A stretch of DNA of 64,000 bases from an uncultured Trueperaceae bacterium (lineage in GTDB: Bacteria; Deinococcota; Deinococci; Deinococcales; Trueperaceae). Below are positions 59,956-64,000 of this stretch, piece after piece. The stretch spans positions 320,001 through 384,000 of the forward strand of contig CAWCXJ010000013.1 in the NCBI GenBank assembly GCA_963799485.1, in the 5' to 3' direction. The translations under genes were made by a program, and so were the position numbers. The notes below the pieces were generated by a model. That model had not been told where the DNA came from, did no database searches, and saw only the letters and a program-made list of their open reading frames with translations. The stretch's first letter is position 1. Every line of letters begins with the position of its first letter.

Positions 59956-62139
59956 TTACTTTTTGACAACCGCCTCATCGGTTATAAACGTGTCGAAAGC
60001 CGCACGTGAAACGACTTTGAAGGTGTCGTCGAGAACGACGATATTAAGACCGCGCTGGGGCTCGAGTAACTTTTCATCGTCCAAGAAGACGTTGGCTGCG
60101 CTCGCAGTCGGCGTCTCGACCGCATAGACCTTGAGACTTTTCGGGACACGAAACGCTGCGGTTCCCGTCCCTAGTACGTCTCCCGCCGACCACGTTTCTT
60201 GCACGGTTTTGTCCTGCGCCCAAGCTTCAAACGACACGTAGCCCTGGTGAATGACGGCGACGTAGGGGCCGTTGCGGGGTACGGGCGGGATACTTTCACC
60301 CCTGAAGAGTAAGCGGCTGGCGCGGCCTGACATATCGCCGATACCTTTTTTTGCTACGACCACCACAACGTTGTCCCGGTAGGTCTCGAGGTAATCGGCG
60401 AGCTCGACGCGTTTATACCCCGGCGGAACGTAGCGCGTAACGTCTATTTCCGGCCCCAGCCCGCTTACAACTTCGACTTTGTCGCTGTAGCAGGCGACGT
60501 AGGCGTCAAGTTCGTAGCAGCGTAGACCGGGAGCGAGTTCGGGTGCGTAGCGCTCGGCAAAGGCGACGGCGCTGAAAACGTACAATCTGCCGAGGTTTCT
60601 GGGGCCCAACACGATCTCCTGTCTCAACCTCTTACCGGCTCTGTACAGCTCCGTGGGAAGCCTTGCTACGGCCCCGGTCGTAACACGTTTTCCCTGACTC
60701 GCAGCAAGATAGGCGAGCGCGATGTAGTCCTCACGGTTCGCGGTCGTGCGCTCAAAGGCAGGAATCACGGCCAGCGTCTCAAACGGCCCCAGCAGCTGCG
60801 CCCACCTGTCGTCCTCGAGGTTTCTGGTAAACGTCTCGCGCCCGTTCGGGAACGGTAGATTGATCTTCAAGTCGCCTACTTGCAAAAGCAGGCCTGCGCC
60901 CAGGACGAGCGCCGCAACGTTGCGGGGCAGCCGCCGCACGAGATAAACCAGAACAGCGAGGTAGATAAGGTAGTAGGTAGGCCAAAAAAAGCGTCCGGGA
61001 GCGCGAAAGGTGCCGGTCAACGTTTTGAAGTTGGCAAAAAAACCGAACTCGAACAGCTTGGCGTCGCCGAGGGTTACGAATTTGCCGAGCGCGTAGAGGG
61101 CGAAGCCGAAGGCAACAAAAGCGAGTGGCAGATGACCGGACGCGCGGAGGCGTTTGAAAACGCGCTGAGGTGCGGTGCGCGCCGAGCGGCGAAACAGCAA
61201 AACGAGAGAAACGAGGCCGAGAACGATCATCCCGAGTCCCAGATAGGCGAGGCCTTCGTACTGCCCGCCACCCGCAGGCAGCGTCGGCAGCAACCGCGAA
61301 TGGGTAAGCGGGTTGATGAGCGCATTGAGGTTCATCGAGAAGTAGTCAAAACCCCATTTCCCCAACTCCTGCCCGGTTCCCAAAAGGCCCGACAACCACC
61401 ACTCGAGCGCCAACACGCCGCCCAGCCCCGAGAGCAGGCCAAGGGCAAAGACGAGCTTCAGGTTGTTACGGAGCCACTCGCGTAGCAGCGACACAAACGC
61501 GATAGGAAAAACCATCGCCGCCAGGTAGGGGTGAATAAGGCCGACGATGGCGACGATGAGCAGCCACACCCCGGCATAAGGGCGAAGCCGAAACGGCTCC
61601 CTAGCCGTTCTAAAGTAGTGCCAGAGGGCGAACAAAATAATCCAGTGGCTGGAGAGCGCAACGTGTCCGGCACGGAAGATCATGATAGGACTCACGAGAA
61701 AAAAGAGTCCGGCTAAGAGCGCCAGCCGGCGGCTCCGGCTGAATGTTCGCATCAGCAGGTAGCCGAACACGGCTTGAAGTGCGTAACCGGCAAATAGCCA
61801 CAGACCCAGATACTGAAAGTTGGGGGGTAAGGCGGCGCTAAAGAGCTTAAACGGGAAAGCAAACAGCGGCAGGGCGTCGGCGCTGCCGATACTTGTTCCG
61901 AGCGGTGCTAAAAGGCCGTCGATCCGACCGGGCGGAACCCCCCAGGGCTCGCGCCGGAAAAAGTGCCACGCCAAAAAGTATCCCACCGAATCGCCCCGAA
62001 ACCAAGAGATGTTCAGCGGGTTCAGGACGTGAAGGCCAAAGCGGTAGAAGGCGAAAGCAGCGCCTAGCAGTGAGGTCAAAACGAGCGGCAGGTAGGTGCG
62101 GCGCGGCGCGGCAGGCTTAACAGGTGATTTCGGACGCAT
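59956..62139 (-). CDS. Polytopic membrane protein, DUF6311-like (probable GT-C glycosyltransferase)
   Basis: 'W.FFR.EPW..P.G...L..P.GTSI..AD..PL', 'QYEGLAYLG', 'FRAPGRFFWP'; many TM helices plus a soluble C-terminal domain. Confidence 0.7.
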   Translation of the reverse strand: MRPKSPVKPAAPRRTYLPLVLTSLLGAAFAFYRFGLHVLNPLNISWFRGDSVGYFLAWHFFRREPWGVPPGRIDGLLAPLGTSIGSADALPLFAFPFKLFSAALPPNFQYLGLWLFAGYALQAVFGYLLMRTFSRSRRLALLAGLFFLVSPIMIFRAGHVALSSHWIILFALWHYFRTAREPFRLRPYAGVWLLIVAIVGLIHPYLAAMVFPIAFVSLLREWLRNNLKLVFALGLLSGLGGVLALEWWLSGLLGTGQELGKWGFDYFSMNLNALINPLTHSRLLPTLPAGGGQYEGLAYLGLGMIVLGLVSLVLLFRRSARTAPQRVFKRLRASGHLPLAFVAFGFALYALGKFVTLGDAKLFEFGFFANFKTLTGTFRAPGRFFWPTYYLIYLAVLVYLVRRLPRNVAALVLGAGLLLQVGDLKINLPFPNGRETFTRNLEDDRWAQLLGPFETLAVIPAFERTTANREDYIALAYLAASQGKRVTTGAVARLPTELYRAGKRLRQEIVLGPRNLGRLYVFSAVAFAERYAPELAPGLRCYELDAYVACYSDKVEVVSGLGPEIDVTRYVPPGYKRVELADYLETYRDNVVVVVAKKGIGDMSGRASRLLFRGESIPPVPRNGPYVAVIHQGYVSFEAWAQDKTVQETWSAGDVLGTGTAAFRVPKSLKVYAVETPTASAANVFLDDEKLLEPQRGLNIVVLDDTFKVVSRAAFDTFITDEAVVKK

Positions 62140-62476
62140 TGACGTGACCTCTTAAATACGGGTTCTTAAGACGGCAAAAAAACTCTGCCATGCTTATCTT
62201 TACATAAGCATACGGCAGCGTAAACGCGACCGGCCCGATTTCGCGGTGCTACCCGCCGCGCTTTTAGGCAAGTTCTGAGGCTTGTTGACGCCGTTTTAGA
62301 AGGGGCGGCCAGCTCTGGAATTACCGTCCGGCCTTGTGGTGAGCCCGGTTCCGCTACGCTTGTTAAGAGCGGTTTGGCCAACTTGTTGATACAACCCGGT
62401 ATAGCGCGTCGGTATACTGCAATGTCTAGCCTGATGCTTACGCCCGTAGAGTAACACCTTGTGATAAATTGAACAC

Positions 62477-63373
62477 GTGAAACGCACCTCTGCCGCTTCG
62501 CCGGTTTCCTTACGGCCTAAACCCACAGCTCGAGCCGGACCGCACCACTCTGAACACGGCAAGCCGGTCACGCGTGTTACGTGTACGCCCGCCGCCCCTA
62601 CCACGCGCGCGCTTTCTCTAATCGTGCCCGCCTTCAACGAGGCAAAGCGCTTGCCGGCCACGCTCGAGCGTATCGCTGAATATCGGTGCGCGCAGGGTCT
62701 CTCAGCCGAACTTTTAATCGTCGATGACGGCTCGCGCGACGCAACGCGCGAGGTTGCCAAGGCGTTTGCGCGGGACAAGGATTGGGTACGCGTCGTGTAT
62801 TACGACGACGGGGAAAACCGGCCCGTCAACCGGGGCAAAGGCTTCGCCGTGCGCCAAGGCGTTCTCGCATCGGTCGGGTGCGAGGTCATTTTTTCCGACG
62901 CCGACCTGAGTTATCCGGTTGAGGAGCTGGAAAAACTGTTGCCGCCTGTTACGCGCGGCGAATGCGATATCGCGCTCGCCTCACGCGCGCTGCCCGAGTC
63001 GGAGTCGGCGCATCAGCCGTGGTACCGGGAGTTGATGGGGCGCACTTTTAACAAACTCGTGCGAATCGTCATCCGTACCAATATCCGGGATACGCAGTGC
63101 GGTTTCAAGGCGTTTCACGGCGACGTTGCAAGGCACCTATTCGCGCTCGCCAAAATCGACGGGTTTGGTTTCGACACCGAAATCATCTACTTAGCCGGTA
63201 AATTCGGGTATCGGGTGCTCGAGGTAGGCGTCGTCTGTCGGCACAGCAGCGAAAGCCGCATCAATCCTCTGCTCTCGCCCCTGGCGATGACACGCGAGCT
63301 TTTTGAAATCCGGCTTAACGATCTGCGCGGCGTCTACGTTGGGCGCTACCCGGAAAAGGCCGGTGGGGATTAG
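62477..63373 (+). CDS. GT2 polyprenol-phosphate glycosyltransferase (dolichyl-phosphate beta-glucosyltransferase-like)
   Basis: 'IVPAFNE', 'VDDGSRD', 'NRGKGFAVRQG', 'DADLS', 'DTQCGFK', 'FDTE'. Confidence 0.92.
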   Translation: MKRTSAASPVSLRPKPTARAGPHHSEHGKPVTRVTCTPAAPTTRALSLIVPAFNEAKRLPATLERIAEYRCAQGLSAELLIVDDGSRDATREVAKAFARDKDWVRVVYYDDGENRPVNRGKGFAVRQGVLASVGCEVIFSDADLSYPVEELEKLLPPVTRGECDIALASRALPESESAHQPWYRELMGRTFNKLVRIVIRTNIRDTQCGFKAFHGDVARHLFALAKIDGFGFDTEIIYLAGKFGYRVLEVGVVCRHSSESRINPLLSPLAMTRELFEIRLNDLRGVYVGRYPEKAGGD

Positions 63374-63599
63374 CGACTGCATGTTTTGCGTTTGGGCACC
63401 GCGTCAGCGCGTTTGGATAAAACTTGTGCCTAAAGATTGTTGCTGTTGGTGGGCTCGAGCCTTCTCTCATCACCGGTTTCGGCTACGGCCTCGCTACCGG
63501 TAGCTCAGGACTTAAACGCGCAGACGTACCCCAAGCGGCGCACAATTAGGCAGTCTTCAGGCGATCAGTCGTTGTCGCCGTCGCCAAGGTTGATCGCTT

Positions 63600-64000
63600 T
63601 TACTGATGCCAGTCTTCAGGCGCGTTTTCTTTTTTGGCCTTTACGGTGTCTACCGCGTGCGGGATGACCCCCAGAATCGCCGCCAACGACTCCCCGGCCC
63701 CTTTCGGACTCCCCGGCAAGTTGACGATTAGCGTCTCCCGGCGTGCGCCGACAAGCCCGCGCGACAACGCCGCCTTGGGGTTCTTTTTAACCCCTTCGGC
63801 GCGCATCACCTCGGCTAGGCCGGGAACTTCAAACTCCAAAACGGCTCGAGTCGCTTCGGGGGTGCGGTCTCTTGGCGCGAGTCCCGTGCCGCCCGTTGTC
63901 AAAATCAGCTCGACCTCCCCGGAATCCGCCCACGCTTCAAGCTGCGCCCGAATCTGCTCCGGCTCATCAGGGACGATTTTGTAGTCGGTTTCAGTAAAAC
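63600..64000 (-). CDS. Molybdopterin adenylyltransferase MogA/MoaB (5' end beyond the window)
   Basis: 'TTGGTGLAPRDRTPEAT', 'ALSRG', 'NLPGSPKG'; frame runs off the window edge. Confidence 0.9.
   Translation of the reverse strand, partial: FTETDYKIVPDEPEQIRAQLEAWADSGEVELILTTGGTGLAPRDRTPEATRAVLEFEVPGLAEVMRAEGVKKNPKAALSRGLVGARRETLIVNLPGSPKGAGESLAAILGVIPHAVDTVKAKKENAPEDWHQ

Overview
GC-rich (roughly 60%) bacterial chromosomal segment, most likely Deinococcota (Truepera-like). This is inferred from gene content and from a TANNNT -10 box sitting 5-7 nt before about a dozen start codons (leaderless-mRNA signature). Housekeeping and envelope genes (prfA, icd, moeA, an RNA methyltransferase, hisF, a trans-sulfuration enzyme, uvrA, lysA, a CoA-disulfide reductase-like enzyme, lgt, mogA) flank a ~30 kb L-arabinose/arabinan utilisation island at ~15056-45746. 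The island carries araA, araB, araD, GH2, GH127, GH51, two GH43 genes (one frameshifted), a ChvE-GguAB importer, two CUT1 oligosaccharide importers, and LacI and AraC regulators. Four near-identical TGTkAACGwTmACA palindromes sit at four readable sigma70-type promoters. The most unusual item is a 951-aa secreted FG-GAP/ASPIC-UnbV plus vanadium-haloperoxidase/PAP2 fusion embedded in the arabinan operon. Other notable items: an intact 770-bp IS1 that changed only the last codon of araC and needs a +1 shift, pervasive CTCGAG enrichment including a perfect 32-bp palindrome centred on it, a stand-alone GlmU uridyltransferase domain, a VapBC pair and several pseudogenes. No rRNA, tRNA or CRISPR array was seen. 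All family assignments are motif recognition by eye, not database searches.
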